A DNA stretch of 64,000 bases from Christensenella sp. UBA1685 (GTDB lineage: Bacteria > Bacillota > Clostridia > Christensenellales > CAG-138): assembly GCA_002320595.1 (NCBI GenBank), contig DCKB01000003.1, positions 8,106-72,105 on the forward strand, given 5' to 3'. Of the stretch, positions 1-9,767 are shown piece by piece. The translations under genes and the position numbers were made by a program. The notes under the pieces were generated by a model. That model did no database searches. It saw only the letters and a program-made list of their open reading frames with translations, and was not told the origin of the DNA. Every line of letters starts with the position of its first letter. Within the stretch, counting starts at the first letter, position 1.

Positions 1-2999
1 TTGTAATCGTCAATCGCGCTCACGTTCACATCGCCGAGCGCACGAATGGCTTTTTTCAGCTCGTCTACCCGAATATGCGAGGCCGTGACGGCAATCTGCC
101 TTCGGAACGGCTGTGCATTTTCGTAGGTAAGCTCATATTCCTCCCAGATGCGGTCCTGCATGGTTTGCAGCTCCATCTGCGTGCGGCTCTGGTTTAGCTC
201 CGCCTTGTGGCTGCGTTCCCGCATGTCCCCAAGCTCGGCCGAGACGGCTTCCCGCCGTGCGCGCAGTTCATCCAGCGCATTCAAATGCTTCACGCGCTCA
301 TTTTCCATTGCATGCAGCCGGTCGGTATGCGCATCAACCTCCTTGCGCTCCGCGTCAATGGTTCCGTCGATGGCGGAAAGCGCATTGCGCATCTCTCCGA
401 ATTTTGCGAGCGCTTCCTCCGCTGCACGCCGGTCTGCCTCAATGGCGGCGCCGACCTGCGCAAGCTCGCGCCGCATGCGCGCACGCTCGTTCTCTGCCGC
501 GGAGCCTTCCTTTTCAAGCGCCATAAGCGCAACGCGCCGCTCGGTTGCGCGCTCGTTTTCCGCCGCATGCTCCGCGCGCAGCGCCGCAAGCGCCTCCTGC
601 GTTTTTTTAATGTCCTCCTGCGTGGCAAAATTCCCCTCTTCGAGGCCCTCCCGGTCCGTCTCCGCTGCACGGCGCTGTTCATCGATGTTTTCGATATTAT
701 CCCGGATCTGTGCGCGTTCAAGCTCCGTTTCCTTCAGCTCCTCCTGCGCCTCATCCACATAGTTTAAAATAATGTCGAGCTTCTCCTTTTGCGTTGCAAG
801 CTCCACATCCTTTTTATGCAGCGTTTCCGCCGCAGCTTCAACAGCCGCGTTTGAGCCGCTGAGCGAAGCCTCCGCAGCCTCCGCCTCCGCAGTTCGCGCC
901 GCAAGCCCCTCGGCAAGGGACGCCATGCGCTTTTTCAGTTCCTCGATCTCCCGCTCGCGGCCGATCAGGCTGAACTCACGCTTCTGCACGCTTCCGCCTG
1001 TCATGGAGCCGCCCGGATTGATGATGTCGCCTTTCACCGTTGCGATCCGAAATGCGCCGCGCGCCCGCTTGTTGATTGCGATGCCAGCATCAAGATCCCG
1101 CACGATGACCGTGCGGCCAAGCAGGTTTTCAAACACGCCCCTGTATTTTGCATCGTACCCCACAAGCTCGGAGGCGACTCCGAAAAAGCCATCCACCCGG
1201 CAGGCCTCACGCTCGTTCGCATCCAACGTGCGCGGGCGCATCGCCGAAATGGGCAGCAGCGTGGCGCGCCCGTATTCCTTGCGCCGCAGGTATTCGATCA
1301 CATACTTCGCGTCCTGCTCCGTTGGCGTCACAATGTTTTGCAACGCCGATCCAAGCGCCATTTCCACCGCTGTTTCATATTCCTTCGGCACGCGGATCAG
1401 CTCGGCAACTACGCCCTCCATACGCTTTTTCAATTCAAAATCGCGTCCGCTGTCACGGAGTACGTTGCGCACGCTCGCGTAATAGCCCTCGTGCGCACGC
1501 TTCATTTCCTCCAACACCTTCAGGCGGGATTTTCCCGCCTCCATCTGCTGCTCCATCGCACGCACAGCCTCGCGCGCTTCGCGCAGGCGCTGGTTTGTTT
1601 CATTCAGCGATGCGATGGCTGCCGCCCGCTCCGCCTCGCATGCCGTGCGCGCAGATTTTACCGCGTCAAACTGTGCCTGCGCCTGCGCATGTTCCGCATG
1701 CAGCTTTTCCGCTTTCTCCTTTAGCGCCGCTTCCTCACCGTCAATGGCAGAAAGCCGCTCCTCCAGCGTACCGCGAATCGCTTCAAAGCGGGAAAGCATG
1801 CTTTTCGCATCAGAGATGCGGTTCATCGCCTCGATCATCTCGCGCTTCTGCCGCTCCAGCAGCGCTTCTTTTTGCTCAATTTCCCCGGCCATTGCGCTGA
1901 GCTTTTCGGAAAGCACGCCAAGCGCCTCCCGCTCCGCCGTTTGCCGTCCCGCATTGCCGGAAAGCTCGCCTTCGCGCGCCGCAAGGTTGCCCGAAAGTTC
2001 CTTTTCGCGCGTTTCGTTTTCCGCAACGCGCGAAAGCAGGCGTTCGCGCTCCTTTAAAAGGTTTTCCATGCGCTCCTGAACTACGCGCGATTCACCGGTT
2101 TTTGCCTCTACGCCGGAGGTAAGGGCGAGCAGCTTGTTCTGCAGCTCGCTGATTGCGCCGGAAAGCGCGCGTTCGCGTTCTTCCAAAGCCGCGCAGTCCG
2201 TGCCGAGGCTTCCCTCCAGCGCAGCGTTTTTTTCAATCTCGCCGGAAAGCTGGGCAAGCGTTTCCGCAAGGCCTGAAAGGCGCTCGTTTAATTTATCATA
2301 CTGGTATAGAAAAACGTTGATTTCGATTTCCTTGAGTTCATCCCTAAGGCGCAGATATTCACGCGCCGCCGTGCTCTGCGCTTCAAGCGGCCCCACCTGA
2401 TTCCCAAGCTCTTCCAAAATGTCTCCGAGGCGCTGAAGGTTCTTCTTTGTGTTTTCCAGCTTGCGTTCCGCATCTTCTTTGCGCACGCGGTACTTCATCA
2501 CGCCCGCCGCTTCTTCAAAAGCATTGCGCCGCTCGCTCGATTTGTTGGAAAGGATTTCCTCCACGCGCCCCTGGCCAATGATGGAATATCCTTCCTTCCC
2601 GATGCCCGTGTCCCGGAACACTTCGCCGATGTCCTTTAAACGGCACGCCGCGCGGTTGATGAGATACTCGCTTTCTCCGGAGCGGTAAACGCGCCGCGTC
2701 ACGGTGACTTCCGCAAACTCCGTATTCAGCTTTCCGTCCGCATTGTCAAACGTCAGCGATACCTCACAGTATGCAAGCGGCTTTTTCTGTTCCGTGCCGT
2801 TGAAAATGACGTCTTCCATCTTTGCGCCGCGCAAAGCGCGCGCGCTCTGTTCGCCAAGCACCCAGCGCACGGCGTCTGCGATGTTGCTCTTGCCGCTTCC
2901 GTTGGGGCCGACGATGGCTGTCACGCCCTTTTCAAATTCGATCTCCGTCTTCCGGGCAAAGGATTTAAACCCGTTTATCTCAAGCTTAATCAGTCTCAA
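1..2999 (-). CDS. smc: Chromosome segregation protein SMC (first ~999 codons; 3' end lies beyond the left edge)
   Basis: The minus-strand frame is open from the window edge up to TTG at 2997-2999. Translation starts MRLIKLEINGFKSFARKTEIEFEKGVTAIVGPNGSGKSN (SMC head with Walker A), followed by a long E/A/R/L-rich coiled coil. It is absent from the ORF track because there is no stop in the window. It lies downstream of rnc as in Firmicutes. Confidence 0.9.
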   Translation of the reverse strand, partial: MRLIKLEINGFKSFARKTEIEFEKGVTAIVGPNGSGKSNIADAVRWVLGEQSARALRGAKMEDVIFNGTEQKKPLAYCEVSLTFDNADGKLNTEFAEVTVTRRVYRSGESEYLINRAACRLKDIGEVFRDTGIGKEGYSIIGQGRVEEILSNKSSERRNAFEEAAGVMKYRVRKEDAERKLENTKKNLQRLGDILEELGNQVGPLEAQSTAAREYLRLRDELKEIEINVFLYQYDKLNERLSGLAETLAQLSGEIEKNAALEGSLGTDCAALEERERALSGAISELQNKLLALTSGVEAKTGESRVVQERMENLLKERERLLSRVAENETREKELSGNLAAREGELSGNAGRQTAEREALGVLSEKLSAMAGEIEQKEALLERQKREMIEAMNRISDAKSMLSRFEAIRGTLEERLSAIDGEEAALKEKAEKLHAEHAQAQAQFDAVKSARTACEAERAAAIASLNETNQRLREAREAVRAMEQQMEAGKSRLKVLEEMKRAHEGYYASVRNVLRDSGRDFELKKRMEGVVAELIRVPKEYETAVEMALGSALQNIVTPTEQDAKYVIEYLRRKEYGRATLLPISAMRPRTLDANEREACRVDGFFGVASELVGYDAKYRGVFENLLGRTVIVRDLDAGIAINKRARGAFRIATVKGDIINPGGSMTGGSVQKREFSLIGREREIEELKKRMASLAEGLAARTAEAEAAEASLSGSNAAVEAAAETLHKKDVELATQKEKLDIILNYVDEAQEELKETELERAQIRDNIENIDEQRRAAETDREGLEEGNFATQEDIKKTQEALAALRAEHAAENERATERRVALMALEKEGSAAENERARMRRELAQVGAAIEADRRAAEEALAKFGEMRNALSAIDGTIDAERKEVDAHTDRLHAMENERVKHLNALDELRARREAVSAELGDMRERSHKAELNQSRTQMELQTMQDRIWEEYELTYENAQPFRRQIAVTASHIRVDELKKAIRALGDVNVSAIDDY

Positions 3000-3024
3000 T
3001 CGCGTATACCAAACCTTTTCCGCT

Positions 3025-3753
3025 TCAATCCGCAGCGTGGATCACGCCGAATTCAATAAGCGCCGCGCGCGCCGCCTGCTGCCCCGCTTCCTGCTTTGTG
3101 CGGCCTTCCCCAATGCCTGCGGTCTCCCCTGCGACAAGCACCCGCATGGTAAAGGTCTTGTTGTGATCCGGGCCGCTGCTGCCTGTAAGTTCGTAAACGA
3201 TCTGGCCCATGTGGCGCTTTTGCACATATTCCTGAAGCATAGTTTTGTGGTCTTTGATCAGCCGCCCGGCCATCGCGTCCGCCACGCTATTGTGAACAAA
3301 CCGCATGATGAATCCCTTTGCGACCTCCATGCCTCCGTCAATATACAAAGCGCCGATCACCGCCTCCACCGCATCCGAAAGGATAGACGGTTTCTCCCTG
3401 CCGCCGGAATGATCCTCTCCGCGGCCGAGCAAGAGCATTGCCCCCAGGCCGTATTCCCGCGCCACCTGATACAGCGCGCCCTCGCAAACCGCTTGTGCCC
3501 GAAGGCGGGTCATCGCGCCTTCATCATAATCCGGGAAGCGCAGGTACAGATATTCGCTCGTGCACAGTTCCAGTACTGCATCTCCCAAAAACTCCAGCCT
3601 TTCGTTGTGTGCGCTGGCGCGCCCATCCCCTTTTACATAGGACGTATGGGTGAGCGCCGTATCCAGCAGCGCCAGATCGTGGAAGCGGTATTCAAGCCGC
3701 TCCTCCAAGGCATTAAGCGTCTTTCTTCGCTGAAATTCCAAGCTTACCTCCAC
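3025..3753 (-). CDS. rnc: Ribonuclease III
   Basis: 242 aa with the RNase III signature NERLEFLGDAVLEL and a C-terminal dsRBD-like region. Position is plsX-acpP-rnc-smc. Confidence 0.95.
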   Translation of the reverse strand: MEVSLEFQRRKTLNALEERLEYRFHDLALLDTALTHTSYVKGDGRASAHNERLEFLGDAVLELCTSEYLYLRFPDYDEGAMTRLRAQAVCEGALYQVAREYGLGAMLLLGRGEDHSGGREKPSILSDAVEAVIGALYIDGGMEVAKGFIMRFVHNSVADAMAGRLIKDHKTMLQEYVQKRHMGQIVYELTGSSGPDHNKTFTMRVLVAGETAGIGEGRTKQEAGQQAARAALIEFGVIHAAD

Positions 3754-3800
3754 ATGCCAAAAACCCGCATCGGCGATGCGGGTATCAGCGAACCCCTCAG

Positions 3801-4022
3801 TTATTTCTGCACGTACTTCACGATGTCACCCACGCAGTGGATGTTGGGCAGCTCGTCATCCGGGATCTGTACGCCATACTGCTGCTCCAGATCCATAATA
3901 AGTTCCACGATGTCAAGGGAATCGGCCTTCAGGTCTTCAATGAGCCTGGATTCCATCGTAATCTCCTCCTCCGGGAGGTCAAGCTGCTTTGCGATTGCAG
4001 CGCGTACGCTTTCAAATTCCAT
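3801..4022 (-). CDS. acpP: Acyl carrier protein
   Basis: Start trimmed to the internal ATG (MEFESVRAAIAKQL...). Contains the phosphopantetheine attachment motif LKADSLDIVEL. About 73 aa, typical ACP size. Confidence 0.9.
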   Translation of the reverse strand: MEFESVRAAIAKQLDLPEEEITMESRLIEDLKADSLDIVELIMDLEQQYGVQIPDDELPNIHCVGDIVKYVQK

Positions 4023-4114
4023 GAATTGATACCGCCTTTCCAAATGATTCCAATATAAATCCGCCGGCATATCCGGCAATTGTAATTTAAGTTTAACTTT
4101 AACGGCGCACTCTG

Positions 4115-5128
4115 TCAATCCTCTACCACGGGCAAAGCGGCAATCGCAGCGCTGATTGCCCCGTTTACGTCCGCCTGTGCAAAGCGCCTTGCCTGCATCA
4201 CGGCAGAACAGAACGCCTTTGCATCCGAACTGCCATGCGCCTTGATGACCCCGCCGTTTACGCCGAGCAATGGCGCGCCGCCATGTTCGGTATAGTCCAT
4301 CTTCTTTTTCATGCGCCGGAACGCGGGCTTTGCAAGCAGTGCGCCAAGCTTTGCCCGCGGGTCTGCCATAAGTTCTTCCTTAAGCATGGCAAGGATCGTC
4401 GCGGAAAGGCCCTCCGTGTATTTGAGCACCACATTGCCGGAGAACCCGTCGCACACCAGCACGTCATAATCGCCGGAAAGGATGTCCCGTGCCTCGCAGT
4501 TGCCTGCAAAATTCACCGGTGCAGCCTGAATCAGCGGGTATGCGGCCTTGGTGAGCTCATTGCCTTTTTCAGCTTCCGCACCGTTGTTGAGAAGGCCCAC
4601 GCGCGGGCTTTCAAGGCCCATAACACCCTTCATGTAAGCGGACCCCATCACCGCGAACTGCTGCAGGTAAGATGGTTTGCAATCCGCATTCGCCCCACAG
4701 TCGATCAGCATCAGCCATCCGCCCGTGCGCGTCGGCAGCAGCGGCGCAAGCGCCGGGCGCTTCACGCCTTTAATGCGCCGCACAATAAGCGTTGCACCGG
4801 TCAAAAGCGCGCCGGTGCTTCCTGCGGAAACGACGCAGTCCGCCTCGCCGTTTGCAACCGCCGCAAGCGATTTCACAAGCGACGAATCCTTTTTGCGCTT
4901 GATGGCAAGCGTCGGTGCTTCGTGGCAGTCGATCACCTCGGAAGCGTCGAGCACAGCCATGCGTTGCGCGTCAAAGCTGTGCTTTTGAAGCTCCGCACGG
5001 ACGGCGTCCTCCCTGCCGCAAAGGGTGATGGTAATGTCGTTAAAGCGGTTGAGCGCAAGCGCCGCACCCGCAACGACCGCCGCCGGTGCGTTGTCGCCGC
5101 CGAACGCATCCATAATAATCCGAATCAT
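4115..5128 (-). CDS. plsX: Phosphate acyltransferase PlsX
   Basis: 337 aa. N-terminus MIRIIMDAFGGDNAP is the conserved PlsX start. Followed by acpP. Confidence 0.95.
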   Translation of the reverse strand: MIRIIMDAFGGDNAPAAVVAGAALALNRFNDITITLCGREDAVRAELQKHSFDAQRMAVLDASEVIDCHEAPTLAIKRKKDSSLVKSLAAVANGEADCVVSAGSTGALLTGATLIVRRIKGVKRPALAPLLPTRTGGWLMLIDCGANADCKPSYLQQFAVMGSAYMKGVMGLESPRVGLLNNGAEAEKGNELTKAAYPLIQAAPVNFAGNCEARDILSGDYDVLVCDGFSGNVVLKYTEGLSATILAMLKEELMADPRAKLGALLAKPAFRRMKKKMDYTEHGGAPLLGVNGGVIKAHGSSDAKAFCSAVMQARRFAQADVNGAISAAIAALPVVED

Positions 5129-5164
5129 TGTAAATCAGTCCTTAATAAACAAGTATTATGTTTG

Positions 5165-5193
5165 ATTTTACCACTCCGCACGCAAGATTGCAA
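5165..5193 (-). promoter_or_regulatory. Sigma-A-type promoter for plsX-acpP (-35 TTGCAA, 17 nt spacer, -10 TAAAAT)
   Basis: Read on the minus strand: TTGCAAtcttgcgtgcggagtggTAAAAT, about 35 nt upstream of the plsX ATG. Confidence 0.5.
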
Positions 5194-5211
5194 ACTGCAA
5201 AGCGCACGGCA

Positions 5212-5250
5212 CAGGAAAAGGGCTTTCCCCCGGTTACGGGAAAAAGCCCC
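5212..5250 (-). terminator. Rho-independent terminator after rpmF
   Basis: Minus strand reads ggggctttttcccgtaaccgggggaaagccc followed by TTTTCC, immediately downstream of the rpmF stop. Confidence 0.6.
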
Positions 5251-5277
5251 TGCCTTGCAAATCAGGATCAAACTGCG

Positions 5278-5466
5278 TTACGCCTTCTGATCTTCCACTT
5301 TGACGACCTGCTTGCCATCGTAATAGCCGCACTTTTTGCATACCCGATGAGCCAGCTTGGGCTCATGGCATTGCGGGCATTCCACGATGCCGGGGATGGA
5401 AAGTTTCCAGTTCGCCCTGCGCGCATCGCGCCTCGCCTTCGAAGTTTTTCTCTTGGGGACTGCCAT
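5278..5466 (-). CDS. rpmF: 50S ribosomal protein L32
   Basis: 62 aa, [22 protein letters not shown] with a CxxC...CxxC zinc ribbon. Confidence 0.95.
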   Translation of the reverse strand: MAVPKRKTSKARRDARRANWKLSIPGIVECPQCHEPKLAHRVCKKCGYYDGKQVVKVEDQKA

Positions 5467-5468
5467 GG

Positions 5469-5987
5469 TTACACCTCCTTATCGTCGTTCAACAGCGTCC
5501 TGAGCGCGGCAAAGGGCGAGGGAGGTTCTTCCCCGGCCGCTTCCTGCGCGCAGGCGCACTGCGCTGTGTTCAAATCGCACCCGCAAACGGGGCATAGCCC
5601 GCGGCAGTCCGGCCTGCACACGCTGTAAGGCAGCATGTTGAGCAGGATCGCATCACGGAGCATTTGGCTGACATCAAGTTCCTCGCCCGAAAAACCGTAG
5701 CATTCACCGTCCTCGTCCGCATTTTTTTCAAAACGCTCGTCGAACTTCGTTTCAAACGGTTCCTCAAATTCCTTTGCGCAGCGTGCGCATTGGGAATGCA
5801 GCGAAGTCTTCAAAGTTCCTTTCACGGAAAACCCGCTGCCGTCAAACACGTATTCCGCGTCCACCGAAACCGGGGCGGCAAACCGAAGGGTGCGGCCCAG
5901 ATATTCCATGTCCGCGAAGGGCTCGGACGCATGAAACGCGCCGATGTGCCCGGGGAGTTTCAACTCCAAAGCTACGGGTATTTTCAT
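5469..5987 (-). CDS. YceD/YlbN family DUF177 protein (23S rRNA accumulation protein)
   Basis: 172 aa located directly upstream of rpmF, the conserved yceD-rpmF pairing. C-terminal [17 protein letters not shown] cysteine cluster is typical of DUF177. Confidence 0.85.
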   Translation of the reverse strand: MKIPVALELKLPGHIGAFHASEPFADMEYLGRTLRFAAPVSVDAEYVFDGSGFSVKGTLKTSLHSQCARCAKEFEEPFETKFDERFEKNADEDGECYGFSGEELDVSQMLRDAILLNMLPYSVCRPDCRGLCPVCGCDLNTAQCACAQEAAGEEPPSPFAALRTLLNDDKEV

Positions 5988-6005
5988 TGAAAGTCAACCT
6001 CGTTT

Positions 6006-6034
6006 ATTTTATCCATTGCCCTATTGTTTGTCAA
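6006..6034 (-). promoter_or_regulatory. Sigma-A-type promoter for yceD-like/rpmF (-35 TTGACA, 17 nt, -10 TAAAAT)
   Basis: Minus strand reads TTGACAaacaatagggcaatggaTAAAAT, about 20 nt upstream of the DUF177 ATG. Confidence 0.55.
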
Positions 6035-6067
6035 CAATATTTTTCGGATTCATGCCGTTTTCGGGCG

Positions 6068-7270
6068 TTATTTTGCAGCAAGCGCCGCGGTGTCGCGCGC
6101 AATCACCATTTCTTCATCCGTCGGGATCACGAACACCTTTACGCGGCTGCCCTTCGCACTGATTTCGGCTTCTTCGCCGCGCGGGCAGGTCAGGTTGGCC
6201 TCGCGGTCAAACTCCACGCCGAGATACCCAAGGTCGCCCGCAATCGCTTCACGGATCGCGCGGTCGTTCTCGCCGACACCCGCCGTGAACACGATCGCAT
6301 CCACGCCGCCGAGCGCCGCAGCGTATGCGCCGATGTATTTCTTAACTTTGTACGCAAAGGTTTTGAGCGCAAGTTTTGCACGCTCGTTGCCCGCCTTCGC
6401 AGCCTCATCCAGATCGCGGAAATCGCTCGACACGCCGGAAATGCCCAGCACGCCGCTCTTTTTGTTCATATAGGTGTCGATGCCCTTCTTGTCAAGGTCG
6501 AGTTTCTCCATCAAGTACGTCACGATCGCCGGATCCATGTCGCCGCAGCGGGTGCCCATCGGAACGCCTTCAAGCGGAGTGAGGCCCATGGAGGTATCGA
6601 TGCACTTGCCGCCCTTCACGGCCGCAATGCTAGAACCGTTGCCCAAGTGGCAGGTGATGATGCGCGTATCCTCCGCCGGCATGTTCAGCTTTTCCATGGC
6701 CCTGCGGGAAACATAAAAATGCGAGGTGCCGTGGAATCCGTAACGCCGCACCATGAGCTCGGTGTATGCTTCATAGGGCAGGCCATACAGGAACGCTTCC
6801 GGCGGCATGGTCTGGTGGAACGCGGTGTCGAACACGGCAACCATCGGCGTGTTGGGCATGATGGCGCGGCAGGCGTCGATGCCCATAAGGTTCGCGGGGT
6901 TGTGCAGCGGCGCAAGATCTGTAAGGCTCTTGACGGCCTCGATCAGTTCATCGGTGATGAGCGCGGACTTTGCGAACTTCTCGCCGCCATGGACGATGCG
7001 GTGGCCGACTGCGTCGATCTCATCCATGCTCTTCACAACGCCGATTTCGGGATCGGCCAGCGCGTCGAGCACCATGCGGATCGCGTCGGTATGGTCTTTC
7101 ATGTCCTGCTTGAATTCGTGCTTGTCTCCGCCGGCCGGCTTATAGGTCAGCATGGAACCGCCGATGCCGATGCGCTCGCAAAGGCCCTTTGCGATGACGT
7201 TGCCGTTGTCAACGTCGATCAGCTGATATTTCAGCGAGGAGCTTCCTGCGTTGATGACCAGTACTTTCAT
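6068..7270 (-). CDS. ackA: Acetate kinase
   Basis: 400 aa, MKVLVINAGSSSLKYQL N-terminus, conserved acetate/propionate kinase motifs. Confidence 0.95.
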   Translation of the reverse strand: MKVLVINAGSSSLKYQLIDVDNGNVIAKGLCERIGIGGSMLTYKPAGGDKHEFKQDMKDHTDAIRMVLDALADPEIGVVKSMDEIDAVGHRIVHGGEKFAKSALITDELIEAVKSLTDLAPLHNPANLMGIDACRAIMPNTPMVAVFDTAFHQTMPPEAFLYGLPYEAYTELMVRRYGFHGTSHFYVSRRAMEKLNMPAEDTRIITCHLGNGSSIAAVKGGKCIDTSMGLTPLEGVPMGTRCGDMDPAIVTYLMEKLDLDKKGIDTYMNKKSGVLGISGVSSDFRDLDEAAKAGNERAKLALKTFAYKVKKYIGAYAAALGGVDAIVFTAGVGENDRAIREAIAGDLGYLGVEFDREANLTCPRGEEAEISAKGSRVKVFVIPTDEEMVIARDTAALAAK

Positions 7271-7286
7271 GCTTCTTTCCCCCCTC

Positions 7287-8291
7287 TTATTTCACCAGGT
7301 TCTGCGCCTGTACGGCCGTGATGGCAACAACAGACACGATGTCCTCCACGCTGCAGCCGCGGGAGAGGTCGTTGATGGGCTTGCGGAAGCCCTGGCAGAT
7401 CGGGCCCGTAGCCTCCGCGCCTGCAAGGCGCTGCACGAGCTTGTAGCCGATGTTGCCGGCCTGAAGGTCCGGGAACACAAGGACGTTCGCTTTGCCCGCA
7501 ACGGGGCTTCCGGGAGACTTGAGCTGGCCGACCTTCTCAACAAGAGCCGCATCCGCCTGAAGCTCGCCATCCACATTGAGGTTCGGCGCAAGCTCCTTGA
7601 CTATTGCCGTCGCCGCAACCACCTTGTCCACATTTTCATGCTTCGCACTGCCCTTGGTGGAGAAGGAAAGCATCGCAACGCGCGGATCGATGCCGCAGAG
7701 CACCCTTCCGGTTTCGGCGGAAGCGATTGCGATGGAAGCGAGTTGTTCCGCCGTGGGAACAATGTTCACCGCGCAGTCCGCAAAAATCATCACGCCATCG
7801 TCGCCATAGGCCTTATTGGGGAGTTCCATAATGAAGCAGCTCGACACGGTGTTCATGCCGGGAGCCATTTTGATGATCTGCAGGCCCGGGCGCAGCGTTG
7901 CTGCCGTGGTGCAGATCGCGCCGGCGACCATGCCGTCCACCTTGTCGTCATAAAGCATCATCGCGCCAAAGAACATGGTGTCCTTCATGGTGGCTTCGGC
8001 CTTTTCGGGGGTCATGCCCTTGGCCTTGCGCATTTCATAAAATTCATTCGCATAGCGTCCGAAATCGGGCGAGGCAGCGGGATTCACAACATCAACGCCC
8101 GAGAGGCACACGCCGAGCGTTTCCGCCTTTGCCTTGATGGCTTCAGGGTTGCCCAGAAGCGTCAGCTTGGCAATGCCTTCTTTGGTGATGATCTCCGCCG
8201 CGCGGATGGTGCGTTCTTCCTCGCCCTCGGGCAGCACGACATGTTTCACGTCGGCTTTGGCTTTCACTTTGATCTTGTCGAGAACGGACAT
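7287..8291 (-). CDS. pta: Phosphate acetyltransferase
   Basis: Start trimmed to [33 protein letters not shown], the typical short-form Pta N-terminus. The upstream 48 codons of the track ORF look non-coding. Forms an operon with ackA. Confidence 0.9.
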   Translation of the reverse strand: MSVLDKIKVKAKADVKHVVLPEGEEERTIRAAEIITKEGIAKLTLLGNPEAIKAKAETLGVCLSGVDVVNPAASPDFGRYANEFYEMRKAKGMTPEKAEATMKDTMFFGAMMLYDDKVDGMVAGAICTTAATLRPGLQIIKMAPGMNTVSSCFIMELPNKAYGDDGVMIFADCAVNIVPTAEQLASIAIASAETGRVLCGIDPRVAMLSFSTKGSAKHENVDKVVAATAIVKELAPNLNVDGELQADAALVEKVGQLKSPGSPVAGKANVLVFPDLQAGNIGYKLVQRLAGAEATGPICQGFRKPINDLSRGCSVEDIVSVVAITAVQAQNLVK

Positions 8292-8481
8292 TTTGGAATG
8301 ATCTCCTTTCGAAACTCTTGTGTTCGGTGAGCATTTTGCTCTAACTTGGTTATTATAGCACAAGAAACGCTTTTCGCCTACCGAAACCGGCAATTTTGCA
8401 GGAGAAATTGCAGTTTCTTCCGTATACCGCCCCACTTTATGCTATAATCATGCTGCAATACGCTTTCTTTGGGAGGACTCC

Positions 8482-9708
8482 ATGCACGCGGTCGGCATTA
8501 TCGCAGAATACAATCCGTTTCACAACGGGCATGCGTACCATCTTTCCTGCGCGAAGCGGCTTTCCGGCTGTACGCATGCGATCGTAGCCATGAGCGGCAG
8601 CTTCGTGCAGCGTGGGGATACGGCCGCGTTCGATAAGTTTGCCCGCGCGCGCTGGGCGCTGTGCCATGGAGCGGATCTCGTTTTGGAGCTGCCCACAGCG
8701 TTTGCCTGTGCAAGTGCGGAACGCTTTGCGCGCGGCGGCGTTGCACTGCTTGCAGGCACCGAGCTCGTCTCTGCGCTCGCTTTCGGCGCAGAACATGCGG
8801 ATCTTGCCCTGCTTTCTGCTATGGCCTTTTCCTCCGCCGGAGAAACGGATTCGGACGCGTCCGAACGCAGAATTGCATTTTATCTCAAGCAGGGGCTTTC
8901 CTTTCCTGCCGCCCGCGCGCGCGCCTATGCGGAAATTGCACCCGATGCCGGGAATACGGAAGCGTTTGCCTCGCCCAACAACATCCTTGCAGTCGAATAT
9001 CTGCGGGCGCTCGCAAGCATTGCGCCGGGCATTTCGCCCATTGCCGTCCCCCGCACGGGCGCAGCGCACGATGCTCCGTGCGCCTGTGCCGAAACCGGCT
9101 TTGCGAGCGCTTCCGCCCTGCGTGAAGCCGCCGAACGCTGCGATATGCTTTTGCTGCGCAGCGCCGCGCCGGCGCAGGTCGCCGCAGAAATCGAGGCCGC
9201 GGTCATGGCGCTCCATGCGCCCAAAAGCGCCGCGCACCTTTCCGATGCGATCCTGTATGCATTGCGCAGGGAGGCGCGCACAGCGCTTGCCTCCCTCCCA
9301 GATGTCAGCGAAGGGTTGGAAAACGTGCTGTACGAAAAAGCGCGCTCCTGCACGGACTATCCCGCCTTCCTTGCCGCCGTCAAAACGAAGCGTTACACGC
9401 TTGCGCGCCTCCGGCGCATCTCCATGCATGCGCTTCTCGGCGTGGACAAAGCGTTTTTTGCCCGCCATCCCGCGCCGCGCTACCTGCGCGTGCTCGGCGT
9501 GCGGCGGGATGCGCTTGCGCTGCTCTCCGCGCTTTCCGAACGCGCTTCGCTCCCGGTCGTCACAGGCTATCAGGACTATGCCGCGCTGGACGGCATGGCA
9601 AAAGAGCAGTTTGCTCTCGACCTTTTTGCGGGCGAGCTCCTTTCCATGGCCGCCCCCGCGCCGGAGGCCGCAAGCAGCGAATTTTCACGCCCGCTGCTGA
9701 TCGTTTAA
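8482..9708 (+). CDS. tmcAL: tRNA(Met) cytidine acetate ligase (YlbM/UPF0348 nucleotidyltransferase)
   Basis: 408 aa. N-terminus GIIAEYNPFHNGHAYH is the hallmark of YlbM/TmcAL. SD GGGAGG lies 5 nt upstream. Confidence 0.8.
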   Translation: MHAVGIIAEYNPFHNGHAYHLSCAKRLSGCTHAIVAMSGSFVQRGDTAAFDKFARARWALCHGADLVLELPTAFACASAERFARGGVALLAGTELVSALAFGAEHADLALLSAMAFSSAGETDSDASERRIAFYLKQGLSFPAARARAYAEIAPDAGNTEAFASPNNILAVEYLRALASIAPGISPIAVPRTGAAHDAPCACAETGFASASALREAAERCDMLLLRSAAPAQVAAEIEAAVMALHAPKSAAHLSDAILYALRREARTALASLPDVSEGLENVLYEKARSCTDYPAFLAAVKTKRYTLARLRRISMHALLGVDKAFFARHPAPRYLRVLGVRRDALALLSALSERASLPVVTGYQDYAALDGMAKEQFALDLFAGELLSMAAPAPEAASSEFSRPLLIV

Positions 9709-9767
9709 ATTAAAACCTGCATTTGTATTGAAACCATATCCACACCCTGCCGCGCATAGGATAAAGC

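Noticed and set aside
148-4029. Series of plus-strand ORFs (148-762, 772-1482, 1148-1900, 1615-2079, 2704-4029 and others)
   Set aside because: They are antisense to smc, rnc and acpP. The S/A/R-rich low-complexity translations are the mirror of the SMC coiled coil. The minus strand gives a continuous SMC reading frame.
5774-7321. 515-aa plus-strand ORF
   Set aside because: Antisense to ackA and the DUF177 gene. No motifs and R/H/A-rich composition.
7287-8435. N-terminally extended versions of track ORFs (pta 8435, S58 peptidase 17126, S41 peptidase 35686, clpC 22587, M14 peptidase 58440, GNAT 62574, rex 42548, PAP2 40872 and others)
   Set aside because: The extensions have non-protein-like composition, overlap neighbouring genes or promoters, and lack an SD. 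Internal starts give canonical family N-termini with an SD at 5-9 nt.
8437-9468. 343-aa minus-strand ORF and other frames over 8498-9700
   Set aside because: Antisense or out of frame relative to tmcAL, which has the diagnostic EYNPFHNGH motif and a good SD.
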